DNA of 64,000 nucleotides from Gemmatimonadales bacterium (GTDB lineage Bacteria; Gemmatimonadota; Gemmatimonadetes; Gemmatimonadales; GWC2-71-9). Shown here piece by piece: positions 28,064-37,708 of this stretch. The stretch spans positions 96,001-160,000 of the forward strand of contig JBFJCP010000004.1 of assembly GCA_041615815.1 (NCBI GenBank). Direction: 5' to 3'. The notes below the pieces were generated by a model that searched no databases, was not told the origin of the DNA, and was given only the letters and a program-made list of their open reading frames with translations. The stretch's first letter is position 1, and every line of letters begins with the position of its first letter. A program made the translations under genes and the position numbers.

Positions 28064-28573
28064 CTGCAGTGGTGTTGAGGCCTTACGTGGCCCGCTCGGT
28101 CTGATTGCTCCCCGACACGATCCGTCCCACTCGCTGACCCCGCGATCCCGCCCCCACCAAACGGCCCACCCCAGGGGTTGATGGGAGCCTTCCCGCGCTC
28201 TTCAGCCGCGTCGTCACGTCGGCGGCTCTGCAACACTGTGTTGCCGGGTCGGCAGCGGTTCTGGATTGGGAGATGCGCCGCTGACGTCCCGGTGTCGTTG
28301 GGCGGCGTCCATCGTAGCGACTATGCGGCGCCGACGCCCTCAGCATTGCGGGTCGCCCAAGTCCGGTTGCTACCCGTAGTTGCCCCTGTCGCGGCGCGCG
28401 GGTCCGTTGGTGGCTTGGCGCGGTGTATCGCGCGTACCGCAGTAGCGATTGCCTCACCGGTCCCATTCTGTGCGCGCGAATCGTGCTGGCACACCTCGGG
28501 CCCGGGGTTTGCAGATAAAGCGCGCAAAGACACCATGTTATACCAACGCAACATCTCGATCCGTGAGAAGGGT

Positions 28574-29026
28574 ATGACGGATCTCGAGGTCGCCCGAGAG
28601 TTGGTCCGCGAAGGGCTGACGGCGCTCCACCCAAAGAGTGGGCTGCCGAACTATTTTCGTGCGGAGCTCGCGTTTCGTGAGGCCGTCGCGTTGCTGCGCG
28701 GCACCGAGCAGGAGACCGGTCTCTTGCTCGTCGTGGCCTATGACAACCTTGCCTGGGCGTGTGACGCGCAGGGAAGGGAAGCCGATGCCGAGTCGTTCTA
28801 TCTCCGCTCGCTCGCAGCGCAGCAAGCGGCCGATTGGCCACCTGTGGTCTGCGACGAGCTCACGCTCCTCAAGCTGTCCCAACTGTATGCCCGGCAAGGC
28901 AACCTCGAAATGCAACGCGCAACCCTCCGAAAGATGCGCTCACAGACCGAGTGCAGTTGTAAGCGTTCCGCCACGGCATTCGAGGGCAATCCCGATCTCG
29001 AACGGGTCGCCGGCCTCTTGAAGTAA
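28574..29026 (+). CDS. small tetratricopeptide-repeat protein
   Basis: AELAFREAVALL...AYDNLAW.CDAQGR..DAESFYLRSLA is a TPR pattern. Alternative start at 28535. Confidence 0.7.
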   Translation: MTDLEVARELVREGLTALHPKSGLPNYFRAELAFREAVALLRGTEQETGLLLVVAYDNLAWACDAQGREADAESFYLRSLAAQQAADWPPVVCDELTLLKLSQLYARQGNLEMQRATLRKMRSQTECSCKRSATAFEGNPDLERVAGLLK

Positions 29027-29207
29027 GTCTCGCCACCACCGGCCCGGGCGGCGATCGCCGCTCACGCCGCCTTCCATCACCATTCCCGCCTGCACGGATC
29101 ACGTCGCGTCGATCGGGTCCGACGAGGGCGCGCGTCGTTCTCGCTCGGCAGGGTGGCCCACGCCTTGCCCATACACATGGGTGGACACCCAACCATAGGG
29201 GCTGACG

Positions 29208-29705
29208 TTGCCGCAGAACAACAACCCGAATCCCGCGCCGCTCGCCGAAGCCGAGCGACTCATCCGTGCCGGGCGCGCCCTCCTGGCTTGGGCGGGGGAG
29301 GGGACGCGTCACGGTAACTATGCCGAGGCCGAACGGTGTTTCCACCGGGCCCTAGACATCCTGCGGGAGTCGGTGGGTGACGGGCATCCACAGCTGGCCC
29401 TCGTGTGGGATCGCTTGGCCGTGCTCTATGAGGAATTGGGTGACAGCGAGGAGGCGGAGACCTGCTACCTCCGCTCCCTCGCAACCCAACAGGCGGCCGG
29501 CTGGGAGTCGTCCGTCTATCAGGAACGCACGCTGTTGCGATTGGCCCAATTGTACGGACGCATGGCCAAGCACGAGTTACAGAGCGCGGTGCTTCATTGT
29601 ATTCCGCCCACGGACGCCGCCGGTGTCGGTGTCGTTCCCACGACACGGTCTGCCGCATCCACGCGCCAGCGGGGCCAAAGCCGTTGGCGGGAGCGAAGCG
29701 CGTAA
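29208..29705 (+). CDS. small tetratricopeptide-repeat protein, paralog of the upstream gene
   Basis: GNYAEAERCFHRALDILRESVGDGHPQLA...DRLA.LY..LG..EEAE..YLRSLA is a kinesin-light-chain-type TPR pattern. Confidence 0.75.
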   Translation: MPQNNNPNPAPLAEAERLIRAGRALLAWAGEGTRHGNYAEAERCFHRALDILRESVGDGHPQLALVWDRLAVLYEELGDSEEAETCYLRSLATQQAAGWESSVYQERTLLRLAQLYGRMAKHELQSAVLHCIPPTDAAGVGVVPTTRSAASTRQRGQSRWRERSA

Positions 29706-29894
29706 CGTCCTGACGCCGCGCACGTATGGCCGGCGGGCGAGCCGTCGCTCGCCGCTCCTCCGCTGTCTGTAATACTCCCCATATCACTTCCGGCTGTCGC
29801 TTGCGCCGCGGCCCTTGTCGAGTCGGTGTCCGAGGCCGTATACACCTCGAACACGTACGATCCTCGAGACCACGGCACCGACCGGGAGACCCTG

Positions 29895-31043
29895 ATGACC
29901 GAGACTGCCTTCAACCCCGAGCGCTTCCGCAAGCTGTTCTTGTTGGCGCTGGCTGTGGGGATCTCGCTCGTGTTCCTCGCGATGATACGCGACTTTCTCA
30001 CGGCTTTGCTGCTGGCCGCGATCCTCAGCGGCATGTTCCATCCGCTCTATCGCCGCTTGTTTGGCTTCTTCAAGGGGAAACGGGCCATGGCCTCGGGGGT
30101 CACGGTGGCGATTGCCCTGCTCATCATCATTCTGCCTCTCACCGCCTTTTTGGGGATCGTGGCCGCGCAGGCGGTGCAGTTCAGTGGAGAGGTGCGGCCG
30201 TGGGTGGAGCGGCAGGTGAGCGAGCCATCGCGACTCGATAACCTGATCGAGCGACTGCCGTTCTTCGAGGTGATCCGGCCGTACCGCGATCAGATCCTCT
30301 CCAAAGCAGGTGAGCTGGCAGGAAGGGTGGGGACGTTCGTGGTGGGGATTCTGGCAGCCACCGCTCGGGGCACCGCCGCGTTCTTCTTTCTGCTGTTTGT
30401 GATGCTCTACGCGATGTTCTTCTTTCTGATGGATGGACGTAGCGTGTTGAACAAGATCCTGTACTACATGCCGCTTACCCCCGATCAGGAGAACCGGATG
30501 GTGGACAAGTTCGTTTCCGTGTCACGGGCGACGATGAAGGGAACGCTCGTGATCGGCATTCTCCAGGGCGCGCTCGCCGGAGCAGCGTTCTGGGTGTTGG
30601 GGCTCGACGCACCGGCGTTTTGGGGTGCGGTGATGGCCGTCCTTTCCATCATTCCGGGTCTGGGAACGGCACTCGTGTGGGTGCCGGCCGTCATCCTGCT
30701 CCTCGTGGGTGGCAGGATCGCCGCTGGGGTGGGGCTGGCCCTCTGGTGCGGCGCCCTCGTGGGCACCGTGGACAATTTTCTCCGACCATACCTCGTGGGT
30801 CGAGACACCAAGATGCCCGATCTGCTGATTCTGCTGTCGACCTTGGGCGGGATCGTGCTCTTCGGCGCCGTGGGGATCGTCATCGGTCCTATCGTGGCCG
30901 CGCTGTTCGTGACCGTGTGGGATATCTATGGCACGGCCTTCAAGGACCTCCTCCCGGCGGTGGAGCCCATCCCCGTGCTCGAGCCGCCCCGCAAGACCAC
31001 CCCGCGCAAGAAGCCCAAACCGAAGCACGGGGAAGGAGGTTAG
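29895..31043 (+). CDS. AI-2E family transporter
   Basis: Multiple TM helices; IPGLGTALVWVP and DNFLRPYLVG...MPDLLILLSTLGG...GPI motifs. Confidence 0.92.
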   Translation: MTETAFNPERFRKLFLLALAVGISLVFLAMIRDFLTALLLAAILSGMFHPLYRRLFGFFKGKRAMASGVTVAIALLIIILPLTAFLGIVAAQAVQFSGEVRPWVERQVSEPSRLDNLIERLPFFEVIRPYRDQILSKAGELAGRVGTFVVGILAATARGTAAFFFLLFVMLYAMFFFLMDGRSVLNKILYYMPLTPDQENRMVDKFVSVSRATMKGTLVIGILQGALAGAAFWVLGLDAPAFWGAVMAVLSIIPGLGTALVWVPAVILLLVGGRIAAGVGLALWCGALVGTVDNFLRPYLVGRDTKMPDLLILLSTLGGIVLFGAVGIVIGPIVAALFVTVWDIYGTAFKDLLPAVEPIPVLEPPRKTTPRKKPKPKHGEGG

Positions 31044-32059
31044 AACGTCCCCTCGCGCACCTGGTGACGCGTGAGGTCCTTGCGAAGCGCCACCACCTGC
31101 TCGACCTGGACCGGTTCATTCTCGGGCAGCGGCGCGTCGCCTTTTTCCTTCCCGAGCTGGAACACGCTCTTCACTTTCTGGAGCAGCCCCGAGCCATCCA
31201 GCGCTTTCTCCCCCTCAGCGTAGTAGTCGAACCACGGCAATTCCGCGGCTGCGTATTCCCGGGCCGTGGGTGGCGGCGTGGGCGGAGACTCGCCCGTGAT
31301 CGCGCGCCAGACGAGCGAGTTGGCGATGTGGACGAAGCACCGGCTGCTGTGTCCCAGCTCCCAATCGTCCAAGTCGAATCGGTCTTCGAAGATCTCCTGC
31401 CGCATGCGGCCGCCGGCGCCGATGCCCATGTCGGGCCGCGCGCTGGCTCCCGTGGTCGCGAGCGTCATACTGAACAACCCCGTACTCATGACCCGGGGCT
31501 CGGCCGCTATCACCGAGCCGAATAGCCGCTCGTAGGCCATTCGCTTCATCGGATGCGCCACGATCTGTACTCCGCCGAATTCGGCTTCTCCGGTGAGCTG
31601 CTCTTCGGCCGAGTAGCCACTCCCCAGGGGCATCGCCACGAACTGCCGGATCACTCCTTTCTCGACGCAGTAACCGTCCAGCCATGGCTGGTTGGGGACG
31701 ACGAGATAATCCTGCGGGTGGCGCCGGAGCTCCGTCTCGAAGGCCTTGCCCGTGACGGCGTTGATCTTGCCCGCCGATACCTTGAGCGCGAAAGGGTACT
31801 GGCCGTGAAAGTTGATCCACATCGCTTCCGACTGATACATCGGTAGCATCACGCCACCATGCTCGATCCAACGCCCCGGCACCCGAGCGGCGTGGTCGTC
31901 CACGTGAAGAACCGTGAATCTCCCGAGCCCCGGAGGAAGCGGGTACTGCTTTCCGTCATCCGGAATCCGCAGCGTCCGCTGGAACTCCAACCGCATGGAG
32001 GCCTTGGGATGAACGTCGGGAAACCTCACGACGAGTTGGTTGTGTTTGAGCTCGATCAC
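31040..32059 (-). CDS. conserved hypothetical soluble protein
   Basis: GGAGGAG RBS; dense motif blocks FQRTLRIPDDGKQYPLPPGLG, PMYQSEAMWINF, QPWLDG, IRQFVAMPLG.GYSAEEQ, GAGGRM.QEI and LPWFDYY. Confidence 0.85.
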   Translation of the reverse strand: MIELKHNQLVVRFPDVHPKASMRLEFQRTLRIPDDGKQYPLPPGLGRFTVLHVDDHAARVPGRWIEHGGVMLPMYQSEAMWINFHGQYPFALKVSAGKINAVTGKAFETELRRHPQDYLVVPNQPWLDGYCVEKGVIRQFVAMPLGSGYSAEEQLTGEAEFGGVQIVAHPMKRMAYERLFGSVIAAEPRVMSTGLFSMTLATTGASARPDMGIGAGGRMRQEIFEDRFDLDDWELGHSSRCFVHIANSLVWRAITGESPPTPPPTAREYAAAELPWFDYYAEGEKALDGSGLLQKVKSVFQLGKEKGDAPLPENEPVQVEQVVALRKDLTRHQVREGTF

Positions 32060-32084
32060 GGTCTCCTCCGTCTGTCTTGCGGTC

Positions 32085-32438
32085 CTACCAGTTGCCGTCT
32101 CTGACCTCGCGCACCAGCTGCACCACCGCTTTATCGGGCATCCGCTTCAGCTCTCGGATGAGGGCGGCGAAGAGTTCGGGGCGTTTGCGGATGACCTCCT
32201 GCAGGTCCGACGACACCTTTCCTGCCAAGGCGAGTAACACATCGGCGTCCTCCCCCAGCTCGTCCGCCAGCTTGCCGATCGTCGTCTCTGACGGTGGCGC
32301 CACCTCCCCGCGTTCCACCTTGCTCAGATAGGATGGCTCGACGCCGATGCGGTGCGCCACCTGGCGGACCGAGAACCGCGGGTCCTCTTCCCGAAGCCGC
32401 TCGCGGCACGCCCGGACGTAGTCGCCGAAGGACTGCAT
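32085..32438 (-). CDS. XRE-family HTH transcriptional regulator
   Basis: SVRQVAHRIGVEPSYLSKVERGEVAPPS. Confidence 0.92.
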   Translation of the reverse strand: MQSFGDYVRACRERLREEDPRFSVRQVAHRIGVEPSYLSKVERGEVAPPSETTIGKLADELGEDADVLLALAGKVSSDLQEVIRKRPELFAALIRELKRMPDKAVVQLVREVRDGNW

Positions 32439-32445
32439 GATGTGT

Positions 32446-32474
32446 ATTATGTACTAACTAGTACACAAAAGCAA
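32446..32474 (-). promoter_or_regulatory. sigma70 promoter of the XRE gene with an operator in the spacer
   Basis: Minus strand TTGCTT-N17-CATAAT ending 7 nt before the ATG; inverted repeat TGTACTA-N2-TAGTACA at 32450-32465. Confidence 0.7.
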
Positions 32475-32781
32475 TGGCTAACTGCGGATACGGCTCCACA
32501 GAGCGGGTGACCGGCCGGCACGCGTGCGGCGGACGATGGAGGCGTGGGCTTTGGGAATCGTTGATATCCCGCTGTCGAAAATAGACTTATCACCCGCCTC
32601 GACAAGCCCTGGGATCCGGCGAAGGCGTGACTCCGCGGTACGAAACTTCCTCTCCTAACGCCTAGCGTAGGCCTCGGGCCGGCTGGCACCGCGTGTCGGA
32701 TCCCGGGGAGGGCGCTCCCCGGTCGTGGCGTCCTGGGACCGGGGACGTGGGAGCCAACCGGCTCGAGGCCTCAGGAGTGCT

Positions 32782-33090
32782 ATGCAGAACGCCGAGCCCC
32801 ACCACATCGACCGTCTTCCGCCCATTGCGTGGCAGCACCTCAACGCGTTCGTCACCGGCGCGGACCGCGAGGCGCTCGAGCAAGGCGACTGGCTCGTGTT
32901 CTACGAGTTCGTCAAGTCGTGCCATATTCACGAGGCCAAGTTCGCCGTCGAGGCTCTGGTCGAGTTTCTGGGGGAGCAGGGGTTTCGGCGGGAGGCCACC
33001 ATCGAACTCGGCCTCGTCTATGCGCACGGTCGCGCGCTCCTCGCCAACCGGGGGACCCCGGGCCCTCGCCTGTCGAACGCCGCCCACTGA
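32782..33090 (+). CDS. hypothetical protein (102 aa)
   Basis: AGGAG RBS, GC3-rich codons and a globular helical composition. Confidence 0.6.
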   Translation: MQNAEPHHIDRLPPIAWQHLNAFVTGADREALEQGDWLVFYEFVKSCHIHEAKFAVEALVEFLGEQGFRREATIELGLVYAHGRALLANRGTPGPRLSNAAH

Positions 33091-33192
33091 CCCTCTCCGC
33101 ACCGTGGACGGAGACATCCGTCACGGAACTTTCCACCCCCCCGTCCTAGACTGAGACGTCCTCACCTCTCCGCCCGGGAGCATCGAGCACAA

Positions 33193-34260
33193 ATGGCACG
33201 CACTGTCGCACTACTGATGGTAGTGATAGTCCTGCCGTTCTCGGCTTCGGCGTTTGCCCAGAGCACTGAAGCCCTTCTCGTTGCGGCAGCTCGGGCCGGA
33301 GAAGCGCAGCTGCTCGAGGAGCTCCTGCGACGCGGCGCGGATCCGGACGGCGTGGACGAGAGTGGAGACGTCCCACTCGTGGGCGCCGCCGCCGCCGGTC
33401 ACACGGGCGCCATCCGCGCACTGCTGGCCTCGGGCGCGGCCATCGAGGGGACCGACGCCGTTGGCCGGACCGCCCTCATTGCGGCGGCTGGCGGGGGGCA
33501 TCTTCTCACCGTAACCACGCTCCTGAATGAAGGAGCGGATGCCTCCGCGGCGACGCAGACCGGATGGACGGCGCTTCTGGCCGCAGCCTCGGGTGGCCAC
33601 GCACCGGTCGTGAAGATGCTGTTGGATCGCGCCGCGGATCCCAATGCCCGGGACGACCGGGGATGGACGCCACTGCGCGCGGCCGCCGACTCGGGGAACG
33701 TCCGCGCCGCGAGACTCCTACTCGATGCAGGCGGGGACCCCAATGCGCGCACGGACGCCGGGACCACGGCGCTCATCGTCGCCGCGCGGGACGGATCGGT
33801 AGAGCTGGTGCGACTACTGCTGGAGTACCACGCAGAGCCGACGGCGGCAGATTCGGCCGGTGGCAGTGCCTTGGTGTACGCCGCGATCGACGGTCATGTG
33901 ACCACCGTGCGGCTCCTCCTCCCGGCGGTGGGAATTGAGAGTCCCCAGGCGCTGGAGGCGCTCCTTCTGTCCTCGCTCGAAGGGCTGACCGAGATGGTCA
34001 CGACGCTGATGCAGGGAGGGGTGAGCGCCGACCAGCGCAATGAGTACGGGCTGACGCCCCTCATGGCCGCTGCGGCGGCCGGACACATGGAGGCAGTGCA
34101 GGCCCTCCTTGCCGGCGGGGCGAACCCACTACTGGAAGATCCAGTGGGATGGTCTGCCGCCGCCTATGCCCGCGACGCGGCGCATGGTGACATCGTCGAA
34201 ATCCTCGAGGATGCCGAAGCGAACTGGGGCCGGCTTGGGAAAGCCGCCCAAAAGAGTTGA
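33193..34260 (+). CDS. secreted ankyrin-repeat protein
   Basis: Signal peptide ending AFA-Q; about nine G.T(A/P)L..AA..G...V..LL..GAD repeats. Confidence 0.92.
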   Translation: MARTVALLMVVIVLPFSASAFAQSTEALLVAAARAGEAQLLEELLRRGADPDGVDESGDVPLVGAAAAGHTGAIRALLASGAAIEGTDAVGRTALIAAAGGGHLLTVTTLLNEGADASAATQTGWTALLAAASGGHAPVVKMLLDRAADPNARDDRGWTPLRAAADSGNVRAARLLLDAGGDPNARTDAGTTALIVAARDGSVELVRLLLEYHAEPTAADSAGGSALVYAAIDGHVTTVRLLLPAVGIESPQALEALLLSSLEGLTEMVTTLMQGGVSADQRNEYGLTPLMAAAAAGHMEAVQALLAGGANPLLEDPVGWSAAAYARDAAHGDIVEILEDAEANWGRLGKAAQKS

Positions 34261-34268
34261 GGTCACAC

Positions 34269-34772
34269 GTGGAACGTCCCAGTCGGCCGTACACCAAACC
34301 CAAGACACCGCCTCCGAGCCAGCGTCAGCCCCGGCGCCATGAGGCCGATCAGGCTGCCATCGTCGACGGCCTGCTCAAGAAGTTGCGGCACGCCGATCCC
34401 GATCTCGTGGGCCGGCGTGCCGAACGACCGGGCGCACCGAGGACGTCGTCGCCGATCGTGAGTCCCGCTCCCTTTACACCGGACTGGCGCCGCCCGTGGC
34501 TTTGGACGTCCCTCGCCGTGGGCGTTGGTGTTGGCCTGACGCAGTGGCCGTACGCCTTCGCGTGCGGGCTCCCCCTCGCCGTCTACGCGTTCGGCTTGCT
34601 GTTGTTTCTCTCGATTGGAACGGTGGCCGGCATATCGTCGTGGCGCCATCGGCGAGCAATCGCCCACGTCGTGGCGCTGATCCTGGTGGTGGTTGGGCTC
34701 GGGCTCGCGGCGGATCTCATGCTGCCACGCCTGGGGTATGCGTACGAACAGGCCACGTGGTGGTGCCAGTGA
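34269..34772 (+). CDS. membrane protein
   Basis: Pro-rich N-terminus, three TM segments, WPY..ACG and LPRLGYA...WWC motifs. Confidence 0.7.
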   Translation: MERPSRPYTKPKTPPPSQRQPRRHEADQAAIVDGLLKKLRHADPDLVGRRAERPGAPRTSSPIVSPAPFTPDWRRPWLWTSLAVGVGVGLTQWPYAFACGLPLAVYAFGLLLFLSIGTVAGISSWRHRRAIAHVVALILVVVGLGLAADLMLPRLGYAYEQATWWCQ

Positions 34773-34882
34773 CGTTGGAAGGTCGGAAACAGCACGGTCG
34801 GAAAGACGGAAGGCTGGCTGAGGGTATTCATCCAACCTTCTAGCCTTCCAACCGTTCCCTTCCTCTCCTTCTGGCATTCTAC

Positions 34883-35323
34883 CTAATCGACATGTACCAC
34901 GATGTGGCGCTGGCGACGATCTTCACCGTCCAGTCCCACATCCCCCGGCGCCTCGACGGCGAGACGCGAGGTGGGCACGCCCCGCAGCGCGAGGTGGACC
35001 CGCACCGCCTCGGCGCGGTGTTGACCCAGCTCACGATTGACCTCACCATCGCCCGAGGTGAACGCGTACCCGGCGATGCGGAGGGACACGTCCTGCGTCT
35101 CCGCCAAGATCGTGGCCAACGAATCGAGGCTCTCGAGCGAGGCGGGAAGCAGCCGCACCCGGCCCTCGGCGAATGTGATGGGATGACTCTCGAGGAAGTG
35201 CACGATCCTGGTGCGACCGTTGTAGCTCTCGATGTGCTCACCGAGGCGTGGTCCCGCCTCGGTAAAGCACGCAACCGAGACCAGGCCTATTCCTATTCCT
35301 ACCGTCAGCTTTGGCGTCAACAT
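34883..35323 (-). CDS. OmpA-family (peptidoglycan-binding) lipoprotein
   Basis: SVAC lipobox-like sequence; ITF...LRIAGY...N.ELGQHRAEAV..L...GV pattern. Confidence 0.75.
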   Translation of the reverse strand: MLTPKLTVGIGIGLVSVACFTEAGPRLGEHIESYNGRTRIVHFLESHPITFAEGRVRLLPASLESLDSLATILAETQDVSLRIAGYAFTSGDGEVNRELGQHRAEAVRVHLALRGVPTSRLAVEAPGDVGLDGEDRRQRHIVVHVD

Positions 35324-35367
35324 GGGTGTCCTGCGTTTTCGAGTGGGCGCACGTGACGGCGATGAGT

Positions 35368-35383
35368 CGCAACCGCTATGCCG
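35368..35383 (-). promoter_or_regulatory. putative sigma54 (-24/-12) promoter for the OmpA-like gene
   Basis: Minus strand CGGCATAGCGGTTGCG (GG-N10-GC); AT-rich tract at 35397-35423; palindrome GTCTTGC-TTT-GCAAGAC at 35491-35507. Confidence 0.5.
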
Positions 35384-35787
35384 TCCGCTGAGTCACTATA
35401 AGTAATTTCAACACAATAACTTGGACTGTACTGACTGCGGATACACTCGGCATACGTTGCCTGGATGCCTCAACCCGAGAGCGAAACGGTGTCTTGCTTT
35501 GCAAGACGACGTGCTTGCACGATCCACCGATCGTGTTTGATGCGACCGGTGAAGACATCCAATGGCTCGGCGACCTGCCGCATGTGGGCGAAGGACCAGG
35601 TGCCACGTTTTGGCTCGTGTCTCGATTCGGGACCCGGGAGCAGGTTCGGGGAGTGTCGGTTTGGGATGGACTGGATAGGGGGAGGCAGAGGCGGCTGGAG
35701 GCGCAGGAGGGACGCGTGTGACGGGGTTCACAGCCTCCGTCGAGCGCGCTTCGTTGATTGCCTGTTCACGACACGAGGAGGAAGCCG

Positions 35788-36534
35788 GTGGAGACGTCGC
35801 CGGTGAACGACAAACCCGCGGGTCAGACGCGGACGCTCGTTCGGGGCATTCGCCCCGGCGAGTGGGGGTGGGTGACTCCGTCGGCAGCCGTCTTGGGTCT
35901 GGCCAACTTCGTCCCGCTCCTTGGCGTGGTGTTTTTGGGATGGGAAGTCTTTCCCATCCTTTTCCTCTACTGGCTCGAGAACGTCATCGTGGGCGGGTTC
36001 AACGTGGTGCGGATGGCCACGGTGAGCCCCCGAGACATTGCGGCGTGGGTAGGGAAGCTGTTCTTGATCCCATTCTTCGTGGTGCACTATGGCATGTTCA
36101 CGATGGTGCACGGCGTCTTCGTGTTCGCGCTCTTCGGCCAGAATCTGGATGTGCGCGGATTCTTTCCGAGCCTCGGGGACGTGTGGGGTGTTTTGAACGA
36201 GTACCAGTTGGTGGTCGCGGCGCTCGCGCTCGTGGCCAGTCACGGCTTCTCGTATGGCTGGAACTTCCTCGGCAAGGGCGAATACCGACGAGCGTCACTG
36301 CAGGCGCTGATGCACCAGCCGTACCGGCGAGTGGTGGTGCTCCATCTCGTGGTCTTGCTCGGGGGGTTCGCGGTGCTTGCGCTCGGTCAACCGGTGGGCG
36401 CGCTCCTGTTACTCATCGTGCTCAAGATGGGAATCGACGTGGCCGCGCATTTGCACGAACATCGAAAGTTGCAGGACCACGAGGAAGACTCAGCGGGCTC
36501 GTCGAGCTCCAAGACGGTCAGAAGAACACACTGA
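35788..36534 (+). CDS. DUF6498-like membrane protein
   Basis: ANFVPLLGVVFLGW...LYWLENVIVG, FF.VHYG.F..VHG and PY.RVVVLH motifs. Confidence 0.8.
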   Translation: METSPVNDKPAGQTRTLVRGIRPGEWGWVTPSAAVLGLANFVPLLGVVFLGWEVFPILFLYWLENVIVGGFNVVRMATVSPRDIAAWVGKLFLIPFFVVHYGMFTMVHGVFVFALFGQNLDVRGFFPSLGDVWGVLNEYQLVVAALALVASHGFSYGWNFLGKGEYRRASLQALMHQPYRRVVVLHLVVLLGGFAVLALGQPVGALLLLIVLKMGIDVAAHLHEHRKLQDHEEDSAGSSSSKTVRRTH

Positions 36535-37708
36535 GAGATGCAAAGAAGATCGTGGGAACCAGTCCGAACTCGGACGTCGGCACCCCATCTTCGAGGATGC
36601 CGTCACTTCCCACTCCCATAAAGAGCCCAGCCCGCGCACTGGCTTCATCGCTCACCGACACCGAAACGCCCGGGCTGAGGAGCGCGCTGGGATCGTTGCC
36701 GTTCAAGAGCGTGAGGAGACTCAGCCCCACGAGTGGGTGGACTTGGTAGCTTCCCTGCAGCGCGAATACGTTGGCGCCGACAACCTGGAGCTCGCCACGA
36801 GCGAAGGCTGGTGAGCGAAGGAGTGTGGCGAGGTCCCGGCTGTTTGCCGCACCGAGGCCGTCGTGCTGGTACTCGGCGATGACATAGAGGTCGCGGTCCG
36901 CGAGAGTGACTCGCGTATCGATGCCTCCAGCGGTCCGCACCACAAAGGCGCCGTCGTCTCGCTCCCGGAACTCGGCCTCGGCACGCACGGCAACGGAACC
37001 CAGACCACCGGTGACGCCCAACCCCACCGCTGGCTTGTCATGGAGTACGCCTGCCCAGAGAGAGTATTCCCATGTCTGGATCACGCCGCGCCAACGTCCC
37101 GCCGCCGTGATCGTCACACCACCCGCGGTGTCCGATGGCCGGAGGATGAGATCCAGATCGCTCAGCGGATCGGGGAACAGTTGCACGCGGGCGGCGTCGA
37201 CTCCCGCGCGATACTCGCGGAACGGATCTGCGGGATCGAATGGGACGAATGGGTCCGCGGGCGTGAGGATCAGCGTGGTTGCCCAAGAGATGGTCTGGCG
37301 GCCGAGCGTCACATCCGCGACGGATCCGAGCGCCAGCCCGAGGTTGATCCGATCGAAACGGTGACGCCAGGTGACGTGATCCTCAGTGGCAATGTCCCAC
37401 TGGAGGTCGACCCACGTGCCTCCGCCCGGTGCGACACCCGTGGCCAGCCCCGCTGCTATCCCGGCCGCGGTCTGCTGTGTGTACGTGAAGAGGTGCTCGT
37501 AGGCGATTGCCGCGCCGAGTGGCCCGAGCGTCGGTTCGACCATGAAGCGAAGCCGCTGGAAATCCGCGAGGCCGGCGGGCGTGCCGCCGGTGGCATCGCT
37601 CCACAGTCCCACATTGAGATAGTAATTTCGGAGCCACGGCAATTGCGCGAATGCGGGCTGAGCCAGGCCCAGGGCCAGCACGAGGCTGAGCGAAGCTGCG
37701 CGAATCAC
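36518..37708 (-). CDS. putative outer-membrane beta-barrel protein of the Lol-like export module
   Basis: Signal peptide; GRQTISWA...P.DPF.PF and GVDA motifs; C-terminal aromatic residue (SVFF). Confidence 0.7.
   Translation of the reverse strand: MIRAASLSLVLALGLAQPAFAQLPWLRNYYLNVGLWSDATGGTPAGLADFQRLRFMVEPTLGPLGAAIAYEHLFTYTQQTAAGIAAGLATGVAPGGGTWVDLQWDIATEDHVTWRHRFDRINLGLALGSVADVTLGRQTISWATTLILTPADPFVPFDPADPFREYRAGVDAARVQLFPDPLSDLDLILRPSDTAGGVTITAAGRWRGVIQTWEYSLWAGVLHDKPAVGLGVTGGLGSVAVRAEAEFRERDDGAFVVRTAGGIDTRVTLADRDLYVIAEYQHDGLGAANSRDLATLLRSPAFARGELQVVGANVFALQGSYQVHPLVGLSLLTLLNGNDPSALLSPGVSVSVSDEASARAGLFMGVGSDGILEDGVPTSEFGLVPTIFFASLSVFF

Noticed and set aside
35377..35454. Long imperfect hairpin as a possible ncRNA
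   Set aside because: The pairing is fragmentary, and the region is better explained by a minus-strand -24/-12 promoter plus an AT-rich tract.
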